DNA from: Phoronis australis | Taxonomy: Eukaryota > Animalia > Phoronida | Direction of reading: 5' to 3' | Length of the DNA stretch: 64,000 bases | NCBI GenBank assembly: GCA_002633005.1 | Contig: NMRA01000075.1 | Location: forward strand, 1,010,426 to 1,074,425 | Part shown: in pieces, positions 53,122 through 64,000 of the stretch | Layout of the letters: each line of letters opens with the position of its first letter | Numbering within the stretch: the first letter of the stretch is position 1 | The notes under the pieces: model-generated | The model's database searches: none | Seen by the model: only the letters and a program-made list of their open reading frames with translations | Told to the model about the DNA's origin: nothing | Program-made: the position numbers and the translations under genes

Positions 53122-53921
53122 GCTGCCATAGGCTATATTGAAATTGGCAAGTCCCATTAAATGCCTTTTAAAATGAGTATCATACATCAAACTATAGGTT
53201 TTCAGGTATGATAAAATCGATTCTGATACTATTTTTGTGACTGGAGGTAAATGTCACGCAAAAATGTCAAGGTCAAGGTCACATTATGCCGCACATGTTC
53301 CATTGAAAATACTGTGAGCTCAAATATTTCAGGCCATCTTTACACATAAATCCAGACTACTTTTGGAGTGTTTCAGGAACAACCCTGTGTGGCAAAATGA
53401 AGTTTGGCTTTTTTGATGGTAATCCCGGATACTGCAACTGACATTTTCGTGTGTTCAAGTGATCATACATTTGCAAAATTCAACCTTTGAGCATAATCTT
53501 GACATCCAAACACGAAAATAGTGCTTAAAATGAGCTTCCAGTGCATGAGAAACTAATACATTGTTATATCGCTCGAGAGCTATGAATACTTCCTTAGGCA
53601 TTACAACTCCAGCGGCTGGCGGCCATCGATTATGTAAGAAAAATTCATTTAGCCGTACAATGTTATGCCTGAAACACTCCAAAACTAGTCTGAATTTATG
53701 TGTAAAGATGCCCTGAAATATTTGCGCTCACTGTATTTCCAATGGAACATGTAGTGTGGCATAATGAGGCCTTGACCTCTTTATCGTGACCTTGACCTCC
53801 AATCACAAAAATAGTATCAGAATCGATTTTATCATACCTGAAAATCCATAGTTTGATGTATCATACTCATTTTAAAAAGCATTTATTGGGACTTGCCAAT
53901 TTCAATATGGCCGATGGCGGC
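53122..53921. mobile_element. Foldback element: ~255-bp high-identity inverted arms around a ~290-bp spacer
   Basis: Arm 53122-53378 (e.g. tcaggtatgataaaatcgattctgatactatttttgtga) is reverse-complementary to arm 53669-53921 (tcacaaaaatagtatcagaatcgattttatcatacctga). Confidence 0.85.
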
Positions 53922-54375
53922 GTTGATATCATTTGGTGCACAATGTAAAAATTAAACAATCTTTTAATTTCAATTTTTACATGGTGCACAAAAAGATTTC
54001 AACACTTAGGCCTACTGTTTTAACCTCTCGTCTGAGTAAGGAAAAAGTTGATGTCCATTTTATAGCGAGAGAAGTGTTCTATATCAAAAGTTCTCCTCTT
54101 GAACTGAACGCGGGTTTAGTTGAAGTCGCTTTACTATAAGTGCACGAGAAGATGCCAAACGTGATTTAGTCGTATGAACTCCTTTACTTACTCCACTTGT
54201 TGATCTTTTAGATGTTAGTTGTGACCATTCAGGCTAGTTGGGAGAATCTTAGGTCCCGCTCTATATAGACTTATGAGTAGCCGTCAATTTCAGTAATAGA
54301 GGTGAAGCGCCCTGCACCATGGACCAGAGCTTGATTTAGTACTGGACTGGACCGAGACAAAGAAAATGACCCATG

Positions 54376-54691
54376 CAGGGGCGGATCCAGAATTTTGAGA
54401 TAGGGTGGCCAGGGCACAGGAATAACCAGAATTTCTGCACATGTGCGCGCCCAGCCTAAACTGTAGGGATGCAGGGGTCTCCAATTTTTGGATTTGCGGA
54501 TCTTTACTAAATAAAACGGTAAACGGGGTTTGTTCAAAGCCTATGCATTGTGCATTCGCCCCCCGAGTCCCACTGGATGCGCGCATATGCTAGTCAGCAA
54601 TTCGCACCCCGAACTGCTAAATGGTATCTGGGAGAATTTTAGGGGTCATGGCCCCCTCGGCACCTCCCCCTCCCCTCTTAATCTGCCACTG
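54376..54691 (-). mobile_element. MITE, CAGTGGCGG family, long composite form, reverse orientation
   Basis: ccatg|caggggcggatccag ... atctgccactg|tcatg. The TSD matches at 4 of 5 positions. Reverse complement of the 9033 copy. Confidence 0.88.
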
Positions 54692-55504
54692 TCATGAGTG
54701 ATTTGGGCAGCAGATTCCGTATTTTCAAAAACGCACTAACTGACTCTTATGGCCTAGTATCATGTTTACCTTTTCACAACATGGAGAGTCAGAACGAGGG
54801 GGGTGAGGGGGGTCGTCCAAGGGAGGGGGAGGGGGCGTTGAGTGAATTAGTGGCAACCGTGGGAGAGAATTGGTGCCGACCGTGGAAGTGGTCCAGTTGG
54901 TTGTTGAGTGAAGGATGAGATTGATAGCGTCTGGGGAAAATTACACATATTCGGGTAATGTCATGTCCCCCCAACACAGGCAAGTACAAATACGCCTGTG
55001 CTTATGTGCTTGTGCATGCGCATGACACATGTGCGTACGTGGCCGTGCGTTTGTTCCCGTGCACTTTGAAAAATATGTTGAAATCATCCGATTGAGTCAT
55101 CATTGTGTTATGATGTGACGATTAAATTAAACTTTTGTTTCCTAATGCAATTTGTATCGTCAGAAGTCTACCCTTTTGAACTCACATTGGCCGTAAATTG
55201 CGCAATTTGCATAAGTGGCCCAAGGCTATACCTTTCTTTTTGTGCTCGCCTTTACATGCAAGTAGGAGAAAGTGGGACACCTTGAGCCATGGGGCACTAT
55301 GTTCCTTTCCTTGCCAAATTAAATAAACCAATACTTTGGCACCAGATGCCACTTGCATGTGCTCCTGCTGGCAAGGTGTGAAACCATTTTGTATCATTTT
55401 CTGTTTCGCGCAGGTGTAGATTTTGTAGCATGTTGTTGATAATTTGCCGACTTCAGTAAAATTTCAAAGTAAGTTAGTTTTCCTTCTATAATAAACGATA
55501 GCCT

Positions 55505-56290
55505 AGACACAAAGAAACTGAACATTATAGACCAGTGATTATACTGTCAGTTCTGTCCAAGATTTTTGAGACTCCTGTTACAGATGAACCCGTTTTTAGA
55601 TATTATCCGCAGATTGCTGCCCACAGGAGCGGATATAGCTGCCAATCTGTTTTACTACGTATGGTTGAAGATTGGAAGTTGGCTGCTGAACACAATCAGT
55701 GTGCTGGAGCAGTGCTCATGGATCTGAGCAAAGTGTTCGACTGCCTCCCGCATCAACTCATGATCGCAAACTTAAGAGCGTATGGTGTAAGTGAACAGGC
55801 TTGTCGCCTTTTTATGGTCTGTCAGGAAGGAAACAGCGTGTTAGGATCGGTGGAGTGTCTAGTGATTGGCTAGATAAAGTCAAGGGAGCGTCACAGGGAT
55901 CCATCATGGGTCCAGTTCTGTTTAATATTTTTGTGAACGATATCAGTGTGTTATTTACTGAGGTACAGTGGTATAATTATCCTGATGATAACACTCTCTC
56001 AGCAAGTGCTCGCACAAGAGATGACGTCATTGCCATACTGACATCTGAGTCTTCAAAAGCAATTACCTGGTTAAAGCAATATATGATGGAGGCAAATCCA
56101 TCAAAAATTCCATTCTATATTTCTTCATTACTCCAAGAACGTATCCAGGGCAGTTGTCGAGGTTGAAGGAGCCAAAATCACCAGTGAGGTGAACGTTAAG
56201 TTACTTGGTGTATAATCGGTGACTGAGGACCCGAGTTTTAACAACCGTATTAAAGTTTTATGCCGAAAGGCAGGAGCTCAGCTCAACGTT
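55505..56290 (+). pseudogene. Frameshifted non-LTR (CR1/L2-group) reverse transcriptase relic
   Basis: Motifs GAVLMDLSKVFDCLPH, RKQRVRI, GASQGSIMGPVLFNIFVND and YPDDNTL (degenerate YADD) are spread over several frames. Confidence 0.88.
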
Positions 56291-56660
56291 TTACCTATCA
56301 ACACCCTCCGTTCCCTACTAGTCAGACCCAAAGACCCAACCCCTATGGCTAAACAATGTGGGGTAATAGGCCTATACCAGCTGAAATGTGACCAGAATCG
56401 CAACCACACCTACATTGGAGAAACCAAGATACCGTTCCTTACCATATTCAAAGAACATCTGAAACTAGACAGACCAACAGCTGTGGGGGAACATATTTTG
56501 GCGACTGGGCACACCATCTCTCTTGCGTCATCCAGGATCCTAGCCAAGGAACAAAATTGGCATACTCGTAAGCTCAAAGAGGCCATGAACATCAACAGTC
56601 AGTGCCTCCTCCTGAACCGGGACAGAGGACTCCACTTACCCCCGTGTACTCCATTCTTCA
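56291..56660 (+). pseudogene. Penelope-like element GIY-YIG endonuclease fragment
   Basis: PINTLRSLLVRPKDP...GVIGLYQLKC...YIGET...FKEH...AVGEH...RKLKEA...LNRDRG is typical of the C-terminus of PLE ORFs. Confidence 0.85.
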
Positions 56661-57096
56661 TTACAGCGTTCTGTCGTTCAGTAACTTTTCCAGACGTGAG
56701 GGGTGCTGAACGTGCGATAACATCTGGCTATTTTGTTAACTGCCCAGCTCAGTCTTTTGTCCCGTATGATAACAAGCAGGCCAATTATCTCTCAGGCTTC
56801 AAAGAAAACGTCTGGTGGTTGCACGCTATTACCGAAGGCGTATGAACACAGTCAAACTCAGTAACCTGTAACCTGTAACCATAAATGCCAGAATGGAGTT
56901 AATCAGTCGTGTAAGATATTGGCTACAGGGGTAAACTTCCCAACTTGTTGGACTATAGAATCGAACAATTGGGAGCAACTGGATGTCGCCGTCATGTAAC
57001 GAGCGAAAGGCGGGAAATCCCTTATTCATCGACAAAGAAGTGGCGGACCAGGTCGAAACGTCTGCTAACAACCAACCACGTCTCTAAGTAAGTGAC

Positions 57097-58409
57097 TTTT
57101 TACTCTGCGCGAGTAAGCGCAGAGTACTGTTGTTCCTGGGTTTTCTTCAATTTTATTCTTATTACTCTGCGCGTGTAAGCGCAGAATACTGTTGTTCCTG
57201 GGCTTTCTTCAATTTTATTCTTCTTATTCTTATTCTTCTTCCGACCAACTTTGAGGCTTAATAACTCCAAATTGGGTGCAGGTACGGTCTTTAAATTCAG
57301 CATATGACTTTTGACAGTATATAAATTTTGATTGGTTGTATAATCATATTCCATATTGCACCGGAAGAGGTCATTTGGTGCAAAGGTCATATAATTTTCA
57401 AAATGCTACTACTCCTTCAGTTTTAAAGCTATCTTTTTTCAAATTTGGTGCACAGGTATAAGTCAACATGACAATTTCAAAAGTTAATTTTCTAAGTAAT
57501 CGGGTCATCCAATCAGGTGAAATAGGTCAAAGGTCATTAGGTTCAAACTAAAATTTTGAGCTAGACACTTTAAATTGACAGGCCTGATTGCCACAGGTAA
57601 ACCAAATCGGAATCCAAAGTTTCAGGTCATTTAGTGCAAACATGGGGTCATTAGGTGCATTTTTCTTCTGAAAATTTGACCTTTTCAATCAGCAAGTATT
57701 CTGATGTGTCAACCGTTAGACAACTGTGATTCTCAGCGTTAAACACATTTTCCATGGGCTTTGCAATAATTCTCCTAAAGATGCTTAAAATGCACCGGAT
57801 AAGGTCAATTAGTGCAAAGGTCATGTAACGTTCATAATGTTATATCTCTTACGTTTTTCAAGGAATTCTTTTCAATTTCAGCACACTGGTGTAAGACAAC
57901 ATGCCAATGAAATACCCTACTTTACTTCGCAATAGGCCTAACCAATCAGAAAAAATAGGTCAAAGGTCATTGAGTGCAAACTAAAATTTTGAGCTAGAGA
58001 CTTCAGAATTACGTATCTGTTAAATAAGTGCGATTGAGTATGAATTCTAAATTTTCAGGTCATTTGGTGCACCCATGGGGTCATTAGGTGCAATTTTCTT
58101 CTGAAAGTTTGACCACTTCATTCATCTTGTATTCTGAAGTGCTTAAAGTAAAACATCTGTGGTTATTAGCATTAACCACACTCTTAATCGAGTTAACAAT
58201 TACTCTCTCATCGGGGCTCATAATGCACCGGAAGAGGTCAATTAGTGGAAAGGTCACCAAAAAAATAATATGTAATTTCTCCTACAATTTTAAAGAATTC
58301 CTTTTCATATTGGTAAACGGGTTGCTGTCAGTAACTTCCCATAATAATTCCAGTAATACGCACGCGCAGAGTCCGTTATTGTCACGCCGTGACAATAATC
58401 TTTCTAGTT
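57097..58409 (+). mobile_element. Non-autonomous Helentron-like (DINE-1/HINE-type) element with an internal ~434-bp tandem array
   Basis: tttt-actctgcgcg head (duplicated at ~57163), (TTC/TTA) microsatellite, repeat units starting tgcaccgg at 57357, 57791 and 58224, inverted cgcgcagagt near the 3' end, hairpin ttattgtcac-gcc-gtgacaataa, then CTAG|tt. Confidence 0.8.
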
Positions 58410-61066
58410 TACATCTACAATGCCACTAGAGACCAAAGACGAACCTATTCTCCAGCATCAAGTCAAAGACCTTATTTAAGTAACCAAATATATTTTTAAG
58501 ATATTGAATGCGTTTTATTGACTACACTTTGCTATGGATCAATGTGCCCCATGCCTTGATCAAAGCGCCCCCTAGTTGGGGATACTTTGAGCCATCTGCA
58601 TGGCTGACTAACATAAAATACCAAAAAAAAACATCTCGCACTGTTTCATTTGTCTTTGTTTTTATTGTATACAATAAGGATACATTGTCGTTCATTATCT
58701 TGGTTTAGTTTCTGGAATTAGTTTCTTTATTTAGACCAATAATTTGGAAACTGGCTCATAGTGCCCCACTCCGGCTCTTCTTACGTTTAGGCTGTAGGTA
58801 CTTGAACGGTTTTTAGTAAGCATCGTTATTTACGCACTTACGTTTCTTTATGTCAGTTGGAAATTGTTGGCGTTGTCATTGGGTTTGTAAGGAAAGTTAT
58901 GTAAATAAAATGTATGTCACATTATAAAGAACCTCGCTTTTGGCTGTAAAGCACCGGGGAGTTCCTTATATTGCTGATTTCCGGTTTAGCGTCCACTGCC
59001 TGTAAAGTGCAACGGATTCATTAGGTAATAACTGATCGCCCGTGGCTCTAGAGTGATTCCCAAGTGAGTGTTAGATACATCATGAGAAAAGCTCACCTGG
59101 TCTCCAGCTACATGAGAAAAGCCCTCATACTCAGGTTTTGTTTATAACCTAGAAAGTATCAACTTACCAACCCCCTGTTGTCACTAGTAGTAGAAATAGT
59201 AAACATTGGAACTTGACACCTAGCCACAAGCCGTTAGCTGCCAGGCNTTGAAAAACCTCCTTTTTGGAGAAACATCGGATTTTAGGGTTAGAGTGCCGTA
59301 GAAATTCAGAAGGCTGGTTATTTTTTTCCACGAAGTCGCACTCTTTTAATGGTATTAAATGAGATACTTTTTGTTTGTTAGTCGTCTTCAGGACATTATT
59401 AATGACAATTGACACAGAGAATGTGTGAGACATTATTAACCCAAATAAGCCAATCCGGTTTTTGTTTATTCATTATTTATAGCTTTTATTTGAATGTGTA
59501 AGCTAAATACTTGTTCATTGAACTCAATAAAAGTAAAATAATACTTGTTATGAACAATAAGGATAAAAAACACCCCCTCAACAGGCTTCCTGTACATTTC
59601 AAGTAATTCAAGTTGAGAAAAACGTTATATGCATCCCAAAATATGACTGAAGCTATGCAAGGTGACCTGACAGCTTAGGAATGCACTAGTGTCACAATTT
59701 TATAAATTGTTCTTTTTTCATGGTTGAATGTGAGGTCTGTCATTAGGTAACTATAAAAGTGTGGATCTCAAAAATGATAACAAATATTCACTTATTTGCA
59801 ACTTTTTAGTGGTTTTCTTGCTCCCAGAATTTGTTTTGGTTATATGTTCAGGCATACTTCCCCCCCCCCGTACTTGTTTAACAATATTGAAGTAAACAAG
59901 TCAGTTACACAGTGGTCATACACAGACCAAGGGTCATGATCCATATGGCTGTAACTGTGTATTCCATGCTTCAACATCATAGTTCCTGGAATTCCATGTA
60001 CAGTAGTCTGTACCCTGCATGTTTATTTTATTTGACCTGCATCCACTTCAAACATGCACTGAGACTGTTTCATACATGACAGTGGAGACATAAGAGGAGA
60101 AATAGATCGGAGACTTCAGTCACAAGACAGCACCAAAATACCCCCAAAATATTGAAATTACTACTATGTACTACCAGTACCCAATGCTCTTCAATTAACT
60201 ATTAGTAACATTTACACATGCAATCACTAATTGGTTATTCATTTTATGTTATGTCAGTGCCTGTTTCATTGGATTTTGGCACCCAGGATTCTTTATACCT
60301 TCTTGGTATTAAACGGATTAAAGACAAGAAAGAGTTTCAAATATGCCAAAAATGCGCGCGCCCAGCTTAAAATATGGTGGGCTCTAATTTTTGGTGTGCG
60401 GACCTTTTACTGAAAAAAATCAACGAAGACTAAGAAAAAAACGTGGCCAATAGGTTCAGGCCTACCGCTTCGGTTGAATTTGGTAGAGCCCGCCGAAATG
60501 TCGCATCTGTACGACGCTAGGAAAAGTGACCGAACTCCCGAAACCACGAGGTGGCCCACTATTTATAGAGGTTGTCACATGACAAACCGGGCCAATGACA
60601 AGTCACCAAGTCAAAGTTCCTGGGCTTGATGGTTCCTGACCAAAAAAGGCATGGTCAAATTATACTAAAGCACTAGTACCGACGATAACCAACAGGTGTC
60701 ATGCTAATACAGAGACTGAGATGAGATCATTCCTGTTACAGAATATTGCGCGCGCACAGCTTTCAGTTCTTCCGGTGATGGTGTGCGAAAAACCTATGAG
60801 CTAAATTTCCCAAGACGCGTGTCCCTTTCGCGTCGTGGACGGCGTTCAGCCAGCCGAGTATGCAACACGTATTGCATACTGTTTCTCTAATGGCAAGTGA
60901 AGTTGCAGAGATCACTGAATTATTCGCTAACTGACAATGTGCGAAACTGAACACCGACTCGACTCTTGCCGTGGCTATGCAAGGTCAAGGTGAAAGAAAA
61001 CGACAGACTGAGACTAACTGTCTAAATTAGTAAAGGTCTTAACAGTTCCATAGGCTTTAAATCATA

Positions 61067-61154
61067 ATGGGAGTCCAAGGTTTTTGGCAGCTGATAGATT
61101 CTGTGGGAAGACCAGTCACGCTGGAGTCTTTGGAAGGAAAGGTTTTAGCTATTG
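61067..61154 (+). CDS. ERCC5: DNA excision repair endonuclease XPG, coding exon 1
   Basis: MGVQGFWQLIDSVGRPVTLESLEGKVLAI is the start of the XPG-N domain. 88 nt, phase 1. Confidence 0.92.
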
Positions 61155-62897
61155 GTATCCTTTTTTTCTGTGTTACTTGCAAATCTGCTATGACTTCTTG
61201 TATTCGCAATTTAAAAGTGGATACGTTAATTTTTGTGCAAAAACATGAATGTTGTTGAACAATTCATTGCTAAAATTATTGTGGTGGTCCAGCGTGTGTT
61301 CGCTGTGTGCAGATGATCACTGTATACTAGGTATGGGAATGCTCAATGGAAATATTTTTTTGGTTGATTAAGTGAACAATGTATGAGAAAGTGGCGTCAC
61401 ATCCATCCGTTATCGTCTTAAAATGGTATGAGCTTGAATAAATACTCCTGCAGTCAATATTATCTCCATTTCAGTGTCATAAATATGCTAATTATGTATG
61501 TCAGCTGAAAAAAACATGTTGTGATATTGGCATAAGAAAATGTAGTTGGCAGTGGAAGTTTTTTAACATGTGGCTAAGAGACCATTTGCAATATTGCCAT
61601 TTTCTCAAACATGCAAATCGTATACTTAGTGGGTAAGGGCCTTGTTGCTAGCGCATGATTTGTCATGAAAATGGAATGTCCACATTTACTTTTTGCATCA
61701 TTAAAACTTGACGGAACAGAAATATTGCCGTGATCCCACTAAGCCTTCCTGATGACATATCGACCAGTTGTTTCCTACTTTTTCTTTTATGTAAGAGCTC
61801 CAATCGAAGGTGTCATCCATTTCCAGTTGTGACATGGACTTGGCAGGGGCTTGTGTCAGTTGTCTTTAAGAGTCATGGTTCAGTTGTCTTAAGAGTCTGG
61901 GCCAGTTGTCTTTAGAGTCAGGGCCCGTTGTCTTCAGAGCCAGGGCCAGTTCACAAAAATCCATCTAACGCCCAGCAATATTTCATAAGTGGACATTGCT
62001 ATGTCAGTGTTAGCAGTGACACCTGCTCAGGACTCGTTAAAAAGGCACGACATTCCTGGTCGTGAAACAAATGTCGCACTCTGGGTAGGGGCATCATCGC
62101 AATCTCATTGCAAGTGGGTTCACAAGTGCAGTCGTCAAATGAAAAATTCATCAAAAAATCTAAATTAATTTTTTTCGTAGTACAACATAAGTTGTAATTT
62201 ATTGTTTGATTCGTTTAAAAAAAACATGAATTCTAAACAAAATCGTCCATTTGTCAAGATGCGGAGGGCAATGCATATAGGGAGTGTGTGCACTCCAGTC
62301 GGTAATGCAAGTGATCTAATAAACGATTGGCTGTCCAAATGCCGGAATTACTGCTCTTGAAAACGCCGCTGCCAAAGTAAAGGGCTATGAAGAATGTGGC
62401 AGTTTTTTACAAGGAGTAATCACAGATATTATATCAGCCAATGAAACTCCATATAAGGCATTGATACAAGCTCAATTTTGATTGACTGATGACGTGAGAA
62501 ATGCACAAAAAACATCCAATAGTATTCGTCAAAGAGAGAAATGCAACAACCAATACAATTGGAATAAGGCACTGATTACAAACCCACCACAGCATTTTGA
62601 AAATGATTGGAAAAAGGTTTTTCATAGTCTCAGTGATGGTATGGAATAAGTAAAATCATCTTACTCAGAGACTGAGTTACTGAGTAAGTTGATTTTACTT
62701 ATTTAATTTTGAACGTGTTCGGGAACTTTTGTAATTCTCGTTGAGTTAATATTTTGTGATTACTGTTGCAGTGTAAACATTCTTATGTCCTTTCCAGCAT
62801 TCTTTGTAGTTGCTATACTCTCAGTCTCTAACGGTTTGTTTCTTGCAATTTTGTCTCGGTTTCCTGACCTTTCATTCTTCCTTGACTCTGCTGTAAG
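61155..62897 (+). other. U12-type (minor spliceosome) GT-AG intron of ERCC5
   Basis: 5' site GTATCCTTT, branch site TTCCTTGAC at 62878-62886 with the A 12 nt before the 3' end, and no polypyrimidine tract between branch site and AG. Splicing restores LAI-D-VSIW. Confidence 0.9.
61850..61952. repeat. ~22-bp degenerate tandem repeat, 4-5 copies
   Basis: Unit approximately cagttgtctttagagtcagggc. Confidence 0.7.
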
Positions 62898-63073
62898 ATG
62901 TGAGTATATGGTTGAACCAGGCATTGAAGGGTTACAGAGACGGTGATGGCAAGGGTGTCTCTAACGCACACCTCATGCTTTTGGTAACCAGGATCTGCAA
63001 GCTGCTCTTTTACCGCATCAAGCCTATTTTTGTGTTTGATGGTGCTGCCCCTATACTGAAGAAACAAACTCTG
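62898..63073 (+). CDS. ERCC5: DNA excision repair endonuclease XPG, coding exon 2 (gene continues beyond the window)
   Basis: (D)[58 protein letters not shown], 176 nt, donor CTG|GTAATT. SIWLNQA and KLLF.RI.PIFVFDG point to XPG rather than FEN1 or GEN1. Confidence 0.92.
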
Positions 63074-64000
63074 GTAATTGTTTTTTTTAGATTACATACA
63101 AAAACGTAGTTATGAATGTGTACTCTTCAGCGGCAACTGTTGTGTTGAAATCCTTGTAGTTGCTTGACTCTGCAACAGCAAAACGTGATGAACTGAGTAA
63201 ATGCATTGACAAATTCCGTGGAAAACAAAAGCATGTTGAAAGCAAAACACATATAAGCTCCTTTATAAAGCTATGTCTGGTGATCCAGTCTCGGCAAAGA
63301 AATCCTAGAATGCATAGACCGTTTGCCCAGTTTTGCTGAGAACATCAATTTTTGAGTGTAACTTACAAACTAAGTGCTCAGTGTGTGGACTGATATGCAG
63401 AATATTGTTCGTTTGTGTTTTTTGTCTTGTTCAGAGACAACAACGTGAAGATACTCCTAATTTATCCTATTTTGTCATGAGTTCATATTTTCTCCTATTT
63501 TTTACTGAAAATTTCCTAATTTCCTATTTTTTCAAGGCCTTATATTACTTGATACCCTAAAAGGTGAAGACAGTCACTTTGAGGATGTTTTACGAGACTC
63601 AAGTATCCATGTAAGGTAGACTAGTGCGTAGGTGGTGAATTACCTATGTCTTTGACACCTCACACCTGTATCAAATTGCCCTACCTGGAAGAGGTGGTGT
63701 AAGGAGTCACTCGTTTGACACCTGGTACTACCTCGTGTATCTTCAGCTGTTATCTTACAAAATAAAAATTTTTAATGTGGGAAAATAATCCTAATCAATC
63801 ATAATGACTAGCAGTTTGTCAGTGTATCAGTTGAAGGATTGAAAATAACCCTGGCTTGTTGGATTTGAAAACGAAGGGGGTCTATGCAACAGTATTCATG
63901 TGTAAGAGTTCTGCCTGAAGGAGGTCAACCACTGTGACCTTACGTACTGGTATTGGCTAAGCTTCATGCCTCCTCAGCTATTACCAAATTTTCAGTTGTC

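Noticed and set aside
59164-60520. Divergent minus-strand gene upstream of ERCC5
   Set aside because: Isolated donor-like sites exist, but no consistent exon chain or recognisable protein could be built.

Overview
AT-rich eukaryotic (invertebrate animal, probably lophotrochozoan) genomic DNA with intron-containing genes and many repeats. Nearly all entries in the ORF track are spurious. Three genes can be supported by splice sites plus recognisable protein sequence. (1) The first two coding exons of a TBC1D19 orthologue lie on the minus strand (2870-2772, 1852-1780) and are absent from the ORF track. (2) A cholecystokinin/sulfakinin-type GPCR lies on the plus strand (26459-26744, 37797-38177, 38441-38932/38940), head-to-head with TBC1D19, which is the arrangement I recall for human CCKAR/TBC1D19. 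(3) The first two exons of ERCC5/XPG (61067-61154, 62898-63073) are separated by a U12-type (minor spliceosome) intron. The rest holds GC-rich MITEs with 5-bp target-site duplications (including a MITE-in-MITE composite), Helentron-like non-autonomous elements, foldback elements, a THAP fragment, a tRNA-derived SINE, LINE RT and Penelope GIY-YIG relics, and several mini/microsatellites. Homology statements come from recalled sequences and gene structures; no database search was run.
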